Below, piece by piece: positions 37,799 through 46,758 of a stretch of 64,000 nucleotides of DNA. Source of the DNA: an uncultured Gammaproteobacteria bacterium (lineage in GTDB: Bacteria; Patescibacteriota; Patescibacteriia; UBA10025; JAHIVO01); NCBI GenBank assembly GCA_964415025.1, contig CAYPXF010000001.1:9390-73389 (forward strand), read 5' to 3'. Under the pieces are notes generated by a model. It was not told where the DNA came from. It made no database searches and saw nothing but the letters and a program-made list of their open reading frames with translations. A program made the position numbers and the translations under genes. How positions within the stretch are numbered: position 1 is the stretch's first letter; each line of letters starts with the position of its first letter.

Positions 37799-38369
37799 CT
37801 ATGATAAAACAAAATGTTCTGCGGTAAGTAATTCATCAACTGCATACCGGGAAAATCCGGTAAAAGCTTTTCCTCCCTCTAATTGCGAGGCGTGCTGGCG
37901 TAAAGCCGTTTTCTTAACCTCACCGTCAATTGGTATGGTTATGGTAGGTGTTTAGAACGCCAGGCGATCAATATAGTGCGGTGCCTGGCGGCGCCTGGTT
38001 AGCCATTCAGCCGCTGATTGCTGCAGCCGTAATGGCAATGTCGCTGCGGCAAATGGTAAGTGGCATTGAGCTGCTAATTGTTGCGCTCGTGCTTCCACCG
38101 CTATATGATCCACATGACCGGATATGCCATCGGGACCAAAACTAATGATTATCTCTGGCCGAAATGATCGTATTACCTCATCTCCTTTTGCACGCACCTC
38201 GTCGCTGTGCCGTGAAACGTGACGTACCGCTTGGACCGGGCGTGGCACACACGAGCGCATTACCCCCGCCCGCTTCAATATTTTTGTGCAAGGTTCCGGC
38301 AGCAACATAGCTCTCGTCTTCAGGATGAGCAGTAATCATGAAAATCTTCTTGCCTAGAAAAGTTTTCAT
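37799..38369 (-). pseudogene. PIG-L/LmbE-family deacetylase pseudogene
   Basis: AHPEDES and VCATPG in one frame; GPDGISGHVDH in another; in-frame TAA at 37952-37954 followed by KKTALRQHASQ. Confidence 0.85.
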
Positions 38370-38393
38370 TCTAACATTCTTAAGAATGTTCAA
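38365..38393. promoter_or_regulatory. 29-bp direct repeat copy with 18-bp perfect palindrome (putative ArsR operator plus -10 TAGAAT)
   Basis: TTCATTCTAACATTCTTAAGAATGTTCAA identical to 38692-38720. Confidence 0.75.
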
Positions 38394-38696
38394 TTAAATC
38401 TTACCGGTCTTCGCACGACTGCCCAGTATTTGCCGGCAAACACCAGACCCCCTGAATGAATCTGCCAGTGAATAATAATGGTATTTCCCTTTTCGTATCC
38501 GTTGCACCATACCTTCACGCTCAAGCCGATTAAGGTGGAATGAAGCAGTTTTATACGAAAATTTCAGTTCACAAGTAATTGACATTACTGAATGCGGTTT
38601 TTTTGCAATCGTTTTAATAATCATCATTCGTCGTTCATTGCTTAATGCTCTGAACGCCCGAGCAAGCTGCTTTATAGTATACGTCATATTATTCAT
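38394..38696 (-). CDS. ArsR/SmtB-family transcriptional regulator
   Basis: FRALSNERRMMII, ASFHLNRLEREGMV, RKGKYHYYSL. Confidence 0.9.
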   Translation of the reverse strand: MNNMTYTIKQLARAFRALSNERRMMIIKTIAKKPHSVMSITCELKFSYKTASFHLNRLEREGMVQRIRKGKYHYYSLADSFRGSGVCRQILGSRAKTGKI

Positions 38697-38720
38697 TCTA
38701 ACATTCTTAAGAATGTTCAA
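38692..38720. promoter_or_regulatory. 29-bp direct repeat copy with palindrome AACATTCTTAAGAATGTT
   Basis: Identical to 38365-38393; lies at the arsR start. Confidence 0.75.
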
Positions 38721-38730
38721 GTGAAATATA

Positions 38731-40434
38731 TCATAAATGCATTTTTAGATCAACAAGCTTAAGCTGTAATTCCCGGTTACCATTCCATTCATTGACCGAC
38801 AGTTCAAAAACAACATCGACGCAATCTCCCACTTGCAGCTCTTCTCCTAGACCGTTGCCAAAATTAAAAGCAATTATTTTACGTGAAGTAACTCCTTGCT
38901 GCAAAGCCATGCGGAGATGTTTACCGCCATTGCCCACCTTTTGCATATCAATCACCTCGGCGTTGCAAGCCATAAAATGGGGAACGGGATTACCGACTCC
39001 AAAAGGCTCAAAATCCTGCATTATGCTGACTAAATCCCAATTAGCGCGCTCTAAATCTATAGCCGTGTCAACTTGAACCATCTTAACCATGTCTGCTTTG
39101 GTAATATGCTGCTCGGCGAGTGCGGACATTTTCTGGATAAAGGCGTTAACATTTTCTTTTTTTACGGTAAAACCGCAGGCAGCCGCATGGCCACCGTAGC
39201 GTTCTAGCAAATCACGTGATTCAATAAGCGCATGAGTAATATCAAAGGCTGGTATAGACCTGCCAGAGCCGACTACGTCGTTAGCTTTCTCCCCCATGAT
39301 AAGTACGGGTCGGCTGTACTCGTCTGATAATTTACCGGCTACCAATCCGACAATGCCGACCGTCCAATCAGCTCCGCTGGCAAACAGGATTCGCTGATCA
39401 GCGACCGTGCCGATTTGCTGTTTAGCAGCGGCTACAATCTGCTCAGTCGTCTTTTGGCGCGATAGATTGGTCTGCTCGAGATCAGCCGATGCAGCACGCG
39501 CTTCATCCTCATCAGCTGTCATCAGCAGCTGGTACGCTTTATTTGCATGGTCAACACGCCCGGCCGCATTGATGCGGGGAACAATCCCAAAAGCAACACT
39601 GTTTGTGTCGAGTGACTCTTTCTGATAATGCGTAGTTTCAATCAGTTTTTGTAAACCGACACGTCTCGTTTTCCGCAGCACAATCATGCCGTATTTGGCG
39701 AGCGTGCGGTTTTCTCCGAGCAACGGCACGCAGTCACCAATCGTGCCAATAGCCACTAAATCAAGGAGCCATTTTTCATAGCCCTGTTTGAGCTTCGCTC
39801 CCTTATCCTGCTGAACCAGCGCCTGCACCAGTTTAAAAGCTACGCCCGCGCCTGACAAATCAGCAAACGGATACTGCTCGCCAGGCACATGCGGATTAAT
39901 AATTGCCAGCGCATCTGGTAATTCAGGCTGGGCCTCATGGTGATCCGTAACAATCACGTCTATCCCCTGCGCCTGGGCTGCGGCCACTTCCGCAATGCTA
40001 GAAATACCGCAATCCACAGTAATAATCAGGGAGGTGCCCCTTTTTTTGAGCTCTGCAATAGTGTCAGTATTCAGACCGTAACCCTCTGACATGCGATGAG
40101 GGATATAGACGTCCACGGTCGCGCCGAGATCCTGGAGCGTAGAAACGAGGATTACACTGGCACTGACCCCGTCAGCATCATAGTCACCGTGCACGGTAAT
40201 TGCCTCACCGTCTTTGATTGCCTGAAAAATCCGCCGCACCGCTTGCTGCATATCACGGAATAAATATGGATCGTGGACATCCTGGCTATAATCAGGATTT
40301 AAAAACTCATCAACGTGCTCCTGTGTAGCGAGTCCTCGGTTATGCAGTAGCTGCACTACCACTGGATTAACTTCAGGGAAACGCTGGAGCTGTTCGTCAG
40401 AAACTGGTTTTGCTAATTGCCACTTTTTTTTCAT
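38731..40434 (-). CDS. recJ: ssDNA-specific exonuclease RecJ
   Basis: GDYDADG, EGYGL, TVDCG, TDHH, GAGVAFK, PRINAAGR, GSGRS, GGHAAACG; start at MKKKWQ after TGTGGTATAAT. Confidence 0.96.
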   Translation of the reverse strand: MKKKWQLAKPVSDEQLQRFPEVNPVVVQLLHNRGLATQEHVDEFLNPDYSQDVHDPYLFRDMQQAVRRIFQAIKDGEAITVHGDYDADGVSASVILVSTLQDLGATVDVYIPHRMSEGYGLNTDTIAELKKRGTSLIITVDCGISSIAEVAAAQAQGIDVIVTDHHEAQPELPDALAIINPHVPGEQYPFADLSGAGVAFKLVQALVQQDKGAKLKQGYEKWLLDLVAIGTIGDCVPLLGENRTLAKYGMIVLRKTRRVGLQKLIETTHYQKESLDTNSVAFGIVPRINAAGRVDHANKAYQLLMTADEDEARAASADLEQTNLSRQKTTEQIVAAAKQQIGTVADQRILFASGADWTVGIVGLVAGKLSDEYSRPVLIMGEKANDVVGSGRSIPAFDITHALIESRDLLERYGGHAAACGFTVKKENVNAFIQKMSALAEQHITKADMVKMVQVDTAIDLERANWDLVSIMQDFEPFGVGNPVPHFMACNAEVIDMQKVGNGGKHLRMALQQGVTSRKIIAFNFGNGLGEELQVGDCVDVVFELSVNEWNGNRELQLKLVDLKMHL

Positions 40435-40611
40435 ATCTTTACCCTTATTATACCACACTCCTGGCGCTTTTTTAAAGCTGCTTTTTTTGTCAATAATTGC
40501 ATTATTTATTATACTAAAGGCAGTGCTGGCCAATACGCTACCGGCTGGCGCGCTAGTATTCATCAATACTACAGAGCATTTTCCGGAAATAATTTTTATC
40601 AATACCATGCC

Positions 40612-41487
40612 ATGGGTTTAACCATAATCCCGACAACATCTGCGTACCATATTGCCGCTCGTTTAGACCAACAAGCTGACTGCAGCATTCTGTATCCGGA
40701 AAAAAATAAAGATGGCAAACGCCACTTCCCTGATGGCGAAGTATATATGCGGTTGACTGCGGTTCACAAGCTAGAACAGCGTGTCCTCATATTACATAGC
40801 GGCCAGCCCCATCCAAATAGCGGGCTCATGGAGCTGGAATTACTGCTGCAGATATTAAAAGATCACACCTCCCACCAGGTAGAGGTGTTTTTTACCTATT
40901 TTCCTTATTCGATGCAGGATAATATTTTCCAGCCTGGCGAAACAAACGCCGCAGAATATCTAATCCGTAAACTGACAGCTTACTATAATGTCCAGCGTAT
41001 CTACGCGATAGACCCTCACTTCGGCAATTCTCTGTGGGTAAACCAATATCCGATTGTTAGCGTTAGCGCGCTGGATCTGCTACGTCAAGCAGCTGAACAA
41101 GACTTCGCAGAGATCCTTTACAAATCACCAGACAGCGGTGGCACCAGACGTACTGGCATAAACGGTGTGAAAAAAAAGCGGCTACACTCGTTTGACAGCG
41201 AACTTACTCACGATGACGGATTTGCGTGTTCAGTAAGGGGGAAAACAGTCGCGGTCATTGACGACATTCTGGAAACAGGCGGCACGTTGGCGCGGTTCTA
41301 TGAAACCTGTCGCCAATGCCAGGCTGCTACCGTCATCGCGCTGATAACCCACGGTGCGTTACCGAGCGGTGTTGAAAGGATTGCACGGCTGTATGACCGC
41401 CTGTACTTGACCAACACTGTGGCGTGCCCACGAGCTACGATCGATATCAGTCAATTAATACATAACACGATCCGATCCCATGGCTAA
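40612..41487 (+). CDS. prs: Ribose-phosphate pyrophosphokinase (divergent)
   Basis: FPDGEVY, YFPYSMQD, IDPH, PDSGG, VIDDILETGGTL, THG; start at MGLTII. Confidence 0.8.
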   Translation: MGLTIIPTTSAYHIAARLDQQADCSILYPEKNKDGKRHFPDGEVYMRLTAVHKLEQRVLILHSGQPHPNSGLMELELLLQILKDHTSHQVEVFFTYFPYSMQDNIFQPGETNAAEYLIRKLTAYYNVQRIYAIDPHFGNSLWVNQYPIVSVSALDLLRQAAEQDFAEILYKSPDSGGTRRTGINGVKKKRLHSFDSELTHDDGFACSVRGKTVAVIDDILETGGTLARFYETCRQCQAATVIALITHGALPSGVERIARLYDRLYLTNTVACPRATIDISQLIHNTIRSHG

Positions 41488-42523
41488 GAAAAAAATACCT
41501 TTTCACGTCACGTATTTATTCAGAGAAGCAAAAGAGCGTGGATACCAAACCAGTATTTCCAAAACGGTTTCAGCACAGCACAAAAACTGCTACCACATCA
41601 CCAATCCGCGCACCAAGCGCACCATGACGATTATCGGCAGTAACTACTATCCTGACCTAAGTTATTATGGATACTTTATCACGGCGCATAAATTCACGAC
41701 GTATAATATCCTACGGCAGGCACACCGCTACAATCCCCGTCAGCCAAAAACAGCCTCGTTTACCTCGGCAGCGCAAGCAGTACGGATTTGGCGGGACATG
41801 TTTCATGAAAAATCGGTTGTCATCAAGCCAGAAAGCGGCCAGCTCGGCGGCGATGTATATATTAAGGAGTCGCGTAAAAGTAAGATTGAAAAACTAGCAG
41901 CCAGCATTCTCAAACGGCACCAAGGCGCCGGGCTTATCCAGGAACACAAACCAGGCAAAGACCTGCGGGTGCATGCTGTCGGCGGACGGTTGTTTGCTGC
42001 GGCGGTACGCGTACCGGCCAATGTCCGCGGCGATGGTAAGCACACGATTGCTGAATTGATTGATATTAAGAATAAGAATCGTAAAAAAGAACACTCATAC
42101 TTCGGCACGATCGCGGTGACGGCCGCGACTAAACGGTTATTAGCAGAACAGCGAGCTTCGCTTACTACCGTATTACCCCGGGGTGCGACCATCCATCTCA
42201 AGCGAGCGGCAAACATCAGTCTGGGCGGTGATCTGTACGACGTCACCGACCAATGTGCGTCTGATATGGATAAAATGATCCAACGATTATCATCACTGTT
42301 CCAGGTACAAAACTTTGGCTTGGACTTCATGATACGGCACAACCACACCGGTACAATTTATTGCCGGGATGTGTATTTGCTAGAAATTAATGCGCCCGGC
42401 CTGTGGATGGCTCACCAATTGGCCAGGGGAGCGCAGCGTAATGTCGCCGCGGCTATTTTAGACGCTTATTTTTATCCTGCGTCATTTGATCCAAAGTCGA
42501 ATAAATATATTACCAATGCATAA
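41480..42523 (+). CDS. Stand-alone ATP-grasp protein (cyanophycin synthetase/GshF-like)
   Basis: VVIKP, GKDLRV, RVPANVRGDGKHTIAELI, ANISLGG, GLDFM, LEINAPG. Confidence 0.8.
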   Translation: MAKKKIPFHVTYLFREAKERGYQTSISKTVSAQHKNCYHITNPRTKRTMTIIGSNYYPDLSYYGYFITAHKFTTYNILRQAHRYNPRQPKTASFTSAAQAVRIWRDMFHEKSVVIKPESGQLGGDVYIKESRKSKIEKLAASILKRHQGAGLIQEHKPGKDLRVHAVGGRLFAAAVRVPANVRGDGKHTIAELIDIKNKNRKKEHSYFGTIAVTAATKRLLAEQRASLTTVLPRGATIHLKRAANISLGGDLYDVTDQCASDMDKMIQRLSSLFQVQNFGLDFMIRHNHTGTIYCRDVYLLEINAPGLWMAHQLARGAQRNVAAAILDAYFYPASFDPKSNKYITNA

Positions 42524-42527
42524 ACAT

Positions 42528-42830
42528 ATGAAATACAACAAACTTATCCGCGACAAGATTCCAGAAATCATCAGGGCAAACGGTGATACCCCACACTCGC
42601 ATATTGCTGACGAAGCAGAATACGCGGCCAAACTGCGGGAAAAGCTGCGGGAAGAGACAGAAGAGTATTTATCCGACTATAATCCTGATGAGCTGGCCGA
42701 TATTTTGGAAGTAATACGCGCGCTCTGCCAAATCCATAATTGTTCCTGGGAAACGATTGAGAATAAGCGGCAAGCAAAAGCGAGCGCGCGCGGTGGATTT
42801 GACAAACGCATTATCCTGGAATCTTCCTGA
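42528..42830 (+). CDS. MazG-like nucleoside triphosphate pyrophosphohydrolase
   Basis: YNKLIRDKIPEII, KLREETEEY, ELADILEV, RGGFDKRI. Confidence 0.88.
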   Translation: MKYNKLIRDKIPEIIRANGDTPHSHIADEAEYAAKLREKLREETEEYLSDYNPDELADILEVIRALCQIHNCSWETIENKRQAKASARGGFDKRIILESS

Positions 42831-42832
42831 TT

Positions 42833-43069
42833 ATGTTTATGCGGATTAGTAATCTATTGCCCTCCATAAAAAACCAAAAAGCAATCCGCATGCTCATTAT
42901 CACGAATGGATTAGTGCCGCTGACTGGCGCTATGATTGGTCCGATTCACGCGCTCTTAGTCGAGCAAGGTGGCGGAACGCTACACGATGCTAGTTTTTAT
43001 GGTGGATTATTTAACCGGAAAATTATTATAAAACACCTCACATCGTATATATATGAGGTGTTGTTTTAA
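42833..43069 (+). pseudogene. N-terminal fragment of an MFS transporter
   Basis: IRMLIITNGLV...AMIGPIHALLVEQGGG resembles MFS TM1; ends after about 60 codons. Confidence 0.5.
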
Positions 43070-43533
43070 TCAATAGGACTATTGCTACGGAATGTTTTAA
43101 TCCAATCACGCACGCGCTCTGCCGACGCTTTCCATTCGACTAGCATATCCCTGAATAGTGCCGGCATGTTGTTTTGTCCAGCCGGCATATCAGAATTATG
43201 TTCGGCTGCTGAATCCCCTTCACGCTGTTCAGTATCATGCGCAGCTAATATTTCCGCTACTTCAGCGCAATCCGCATGGATCATTTGGATAAAATAGAAA
43301 AATGCGAGCTTGAGTTCAGGTTTAATGTTTGGGTCAATCGGTATTGAACAGCTTTCATAAAAGAGCTTCTTCACATGCGATACGTCAATTTTCCGCTGAC
43401 TGCAAATCTGATAAAATTCGGTAATGACTGAAAGCAGCTTATGGTCTGCTGTGCTTGACTGTTCCTGAAGTATATTAATAATACGACGCAGCTGCTTACA
43501 TAGTAAAGAACGGGAGTCTGACATCAGAGACAT
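43066..43533 (-). CDS. Hypothetical protein
   Basis: 155-aa ORF with strong SD AGGAGG. Confidence 0.6.
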   Translation of the reverse strand: MSLMSDSRSLLCKQLRRIINILQEQSSTADHKLLSVITEFYQICSQRKIDVSHVKKLFYESCSIPIDPNIKPELKLAFFYFIQMIHADCAEVAEILAAHDTEQREGDSAAEHNSDMPAGQNNMPALFRDMLVEWKASAERVRDWIKTFRSNSPID

Positions 43534-43599
43534 GCTTCCTCCTTTTTGTTTTTTATTTTATACTACAGTAACAAATCTTTAATTACTTGTCCAGTCTAT

Positions 43600-44532
43600 A
43601 TGACTACTTCGCCTTGGCCCACAACATTGCATCCGCTTATCATCCTGGCTCCCATGGACGGCTATACAGACAGTGCCATGCGGCGAGTTTGTAAATCAGT
43701 GAATCCGAATATTGTTTTGTTTACCGAATTCACCTCGGCAGACGGCTTGCATCATGGCGCACAAAAATTGCAGGAAAAACTAGTTTTTTGTCCTGATGAA
43801 AAACCAATCATAGCTCAAATATTCGGGAAAAATACAGAAACCTTTGTCACTGCCGCAAAATATATCGAGGAACAAGGTTTTGCCGGTATTGATCTGAACA
43901 TGGGCTGTCCGGCTAAAACCGTGGTCAAATCCGAGCACGGCATTGCCCTGCGCAAAAAACCACAACTAGCCGCGTCTCTGGTAAAGGCGGTCGCAGATGC
44001 AACTTCGCTGCCTATCTCTGTCAAAACACGACTCGGCTGGGATGATTTTAGTGACCTCATTGAATTTGGCAAACGTATTGAAGCGGCTGGTGCCAGCCTG
44101 ATTTCAGTCCATGCCCGTACGTATAAGCAGGGCTATGGACCAGGCGTCAACTACCAGCCTATATATGAACTAAAGAAAAAACTGTCGATTCCGGTAATCG
44201 GCAATGGTGATATTGCTTCGCTCGAAGATGGCTATAGTAGATTAAAAAACCTGGATGGTTTTATGATTGGCCGTGCAGCGATCGGCAATCCCTGGGTGTT
44301 CAACGCAAAACAGCCTGCTACCTTTGCCGATAAAATACCCCTTATAGAAAAACATGCGCGATTGCTTATTGGGCTTAAGGGTGAAAAACGAGCTTTGCTG
44401 GAAATTAGGAAACATTTACTGGCCTATGTCAAGGGTATACCGCACGCCACCAACTATCGTTCACAATTGGTGCGTGTTAGCTCATTTCAACAAACTCATG
44501 ATATACTAAAAGAAATAGCGGAAAGCATATAG
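43600..44532 (+). CDS. dus: tRNA-dihydrouridine synthase
   Basis: LAPMDGYTD, IDLNMGCP, SVKTRLG, VHART, IGNGDI, MIGRAAIGNPW. Confidence 0.95.
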   Translation: MTTSPWPTTLHPLIILAPMDGYTDSAMRRVCKSVNPNIVLFTEFTSADGLHHGAQKLQEKLVFCPDEKPIIAQIFGKNTETFVTAAKYIEEQGFAGIDLNMGCPAKTVVKSEHGIALRKKPQLAASLVKAVADATSLPISVKTRLGWDDFSDLIEFGKRIEAAGASLISVHARTYKQGYGPGVNYQPIYELKKKLSIPVIGNGDIASLEDGYSRLKNLDGFMIGRAAIGNPWVFNAKQPATFADKIPLIEKHARLLIGLKGEKRALLEIRKHLLAYVKGIPHATNYRSQLVRVSSFQQTHDILKEIAESI

Positions 44533-44608
44533 TATGCAGCATATGGTAAATACGTCATGGTATATAAATCTATAAGCTTTACGCCATAATCCGCAAGCTA
44601 TTATAACC

Positions 44609-44947
44609 ATGCCTGAACCACTCCACCATATTCATAAAAGACGGCGAATAAACAAGCCCCAACCCGAGCCGTATCCGCATCAGCAGCGGGGTAAACGTAT
44701 ACTCGATATTATTATTTATCCGGCCGGCATTATTGGTCCATTACTATTAGTGCCGCAAGTTATCAAAATATGGACTACCCGCGATGCCACTGGTGTGTCT
44801 GCTATTACTTTTTTTGGCTTGATGGCGTTAGGGCTGATTTGGATTATTTATGGTGCGGTGCATAAGGACAGACCTATTTTGATCGCTAATGTGGGATTCG
44901 CCATATTACAATTTTTAGTCGGGCTGGGAGCGGTATTATACGGTTAA
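44609..44947 (+). CDS. SemiSWEET/PQ-loop sugar transporter
   Basis: LVPQVIKIW...ATGVS...WIIYG...PILIAN; 3 TM segments. Confidence 0.85.
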   Translation: MPEPLHHIHKRRRINKPQPEPYPHQQRGKRILDIIIYPAGIIGPLLLVPQVIKIWTTRDATGVSAITFFGLMALGLIWIIYGAVHKDRPILIANVGFAILQFLVGLGAVLYG

Positions 44948-44949
44948 GT

Positions 44950-46218
44950 ATGTCACATCAGTTTCCTGAACATTTTTACTGGGGCGTAAGTGATTCAGCG
45001 CACCAAACCGAGGGCCATAATCATAATGACTGGACTGCCTGGGAACAGGATCATGCAAAAGGATTAGCCGACCAGGCCCAAGCTAGACTCCTGGCGCAAG
45101 CAAGGTACACCGGCACGATGCCTGATTGGGCGACTATAAAACAACAGGCAACGCGGCCGTATAATTATATATCCGGCGCTGCGTGTGATCGGTATAATCG
45201 ATATGGCGATGATTTTACCTTGGCAAAAGAATTAGGCTGTTCTGCGTACCGGCTTTCTATAGAATGGTCGAGAATTGAACCAGTCGAAGGAGTATTTGAT
45301 AAAAAAGCAATTGAACATTATCAGGCAATAATTAACACTCTCCGCCAAAGCAATCTCGAACCCTTCATCACGCTCTGGCACTGGACTATCCCCCGGTGGC
45401 TCCGTGATAAGGGCGGCTGGACAAGTAAGGCAGTCATCGATCATTTCTGTAAATACGTTGATGTGGTCGCCCAGGCACTTGCAACTAACGTGCAGTTTTG
45501 GATTACAATTAACGAACCTCTGGTGTACGCCAGCGCTGCCTACCACCAAGGGATATTCCCGCCACAGCACACTAGCTGGACTGAATATATGCGCGTTATT
45601 AACAACCTTAACCGCGCCCATACAAAAGCATACGCCGTTATCAAGCATACTAACCCGGCAGCGCTCGTTGGCATTGCTAAAAGCGCTGTTCATTTTGAAG
45701 CATGTCATAACAGATTCGTAAACCGGTTAATAAAAACGCGCGCCGACTGGTGGTGGAATTACCGGTTTATGAACAAAATTATAGACTCCTTTGATTTTAT
45801 CGGCATAAACCACTACCATCATAATCTCATCAACCACACGCTCAATCAAAATGAAAATGAACGTATTTCAGATCTTGGCTGGGAGTTGTTTCCTGAATCC
45901 ATATACCACGTACTCAACGATTTCTCACGCTATCAGCGGCCGCTGTATATCACCGAGCACGGTTTGGCAGATAATACCGACAAATATCGCGCCTGGTTTA
46001 TTACCGAAACACTCAAGCACGTCCACCGCGCTCTAGCAGATGGTGTAGACGTGCGCGGTTATTTTCATTGGTCATTGACTGATAATTTTGAGTGGGATAA
46101 GGGTTTTTGGCCACGCTTTGGCTTGTATAAAATTGATTATGCGACACAACAGAGAATAAAGCGGCCGAGTGCCGACGTATTTAAAAATATTGCCGCTACA
46201 AATCAGCTGGCTGTCTAG
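44950..46218 (+). CDS. Glycoside hydrolase family 1 (beta-glucosidase-like)
   Basis: SAHQTEG, YRLSIEWSRI, TINEP, ITEHG, WSLTDNFEW. Confidence 0.93.
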   Translation: MSHQFPEHFYWGVSDSAHQTEGHNHNDWTAWEQDHAKGLADQAQARLLAQARYTGTMPDWATIKQQATRPYNYISGAACDRYNRYGDDFTLAKELGCSAYRLSIEWSRIEPVEGVFDKKAIEHYQAIINTLRQSNLEPFITLWHWTIPRWLRDKGGWTSKAVIDHFCKYVDVVAQALATNVQFWITINEPLVYASAAYHQGIFPPQHTSWTEYMRVINNLNRAHTKAYAVIKHTNPAALVGIAKSAVHFEACHNRFVNRLIKTRADWWWNYRFMNKIIDSFDFIGINHYHHNLINHTLNQNENERISDLGWELFPESIYHVLNDFSRYQRPLYITEHGLADNTDKYRAWFITETLKHVHRALADGVDVRGYFHWSLTDNFEWDKGFWPRFGLYKIDYATQQRIKRPSADVFKNIAATNQLAV

Positions 46219-46283
46219 TTTTACCCGCGACTATTTGAAAATATAATTTATTTAGTTTAGGATGTAGCAATCCCAAAGAAAAT

Positions 46284-46467
46284 ATAGATGTAGCTCAAAT
46301 GGCAGAGTGCTTGAATGTAGTCTAGAGGTAAGAGATTACCGCCTGGCTCGCCTATGGCGTAGCCTTTGGCAAATACGGCAACCCTTTTCTGCCGTAATAT
46401 CACATGACCCAAATAGTTTAGCTTGAAACAATAAAGATTGGTAGGCTCAAACCCCTCCGGACTCATA
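46284..46467 (+). pseudogene. Decayed tRNA fragments (D-arm-like 5' piece and T-arm-like 3' piece)
   Basis: TAGCTCAAATGGCAGAGTG at 46291; GTAGGCTCAAACCCCTCCGGACTCA at 46441; acceptor halves do not pair. Confidence 0.4.
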
Positions 46468-46503
46468 AATGCAAAACAGCAATTTAATATTGCCGTTTTT
46501 ATT

Positions 46504-46539
46504 CATAAAACCGCTTATCGGCAGATAAACGGTTTTATG
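46504..46539. terminator. Terminator-like hairpin
   Basis: CATAAAACCGCTTATC-GGCA-GATAAACGGTTTTATG. Confidence 0.6.
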
Positions 46540-46541
46540 CA

Positions 46542-46682
46542 TTAGTCTTCACTTTCCAGGACAAGCCCTGTTTGCCGGACTTGTGCTGTAGAACCATGCG
46601 TTAATTCATGGTTAAATTTTGCTAACTCTAAGTAAAATTCACGGTAGAGCTCATTTAATATATTGCTTTGAAAAACATTCAT
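46542..46682 (-). CDS. 46-aa small protein not in the ORF track
   Basis: MNVFQSNILNELYREFYLELAKFNHELTHGSTAQVRQTGLVLESED; upstream TTGACA-18-TACAGT and downstream hairpin. Confidence 0.45.
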   Translation of the reverse strand: MNVFQSNILNELYREFYLELAKFNHELTHGSTAQVRQTGLVLESED

Positions 46683-46758
46683 AAAATACCTGTTACTATT
46701 GATAACAGGCCACTGTAGCATATCCAGTATAGTTATGTCAACCGCGTTATCCCCAGGA

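Noticed and set aside
37952-37954. Stop-codon recoding or alternative genetic code
   Set aside because: Single TAA in a gene that is also frameshifted; all other genes read normally with standard stops
40417-40611. Overlapping N-terminal extensions of recJ and prs
   Set aside because: Divergent promoter region; recognisable protein sequence starts at 40434 and 40612
41803-42348. Long antisense ORFs (also 56218-56772, 49148-49636, 60506-61012)
   Set aside because: Shadows of well-supported genes on the opposite strand
46257-46466. 69-aa ORF starting MSPEGFEPT
   Set aside because: Typical antisense translation of a tRNA 3' end
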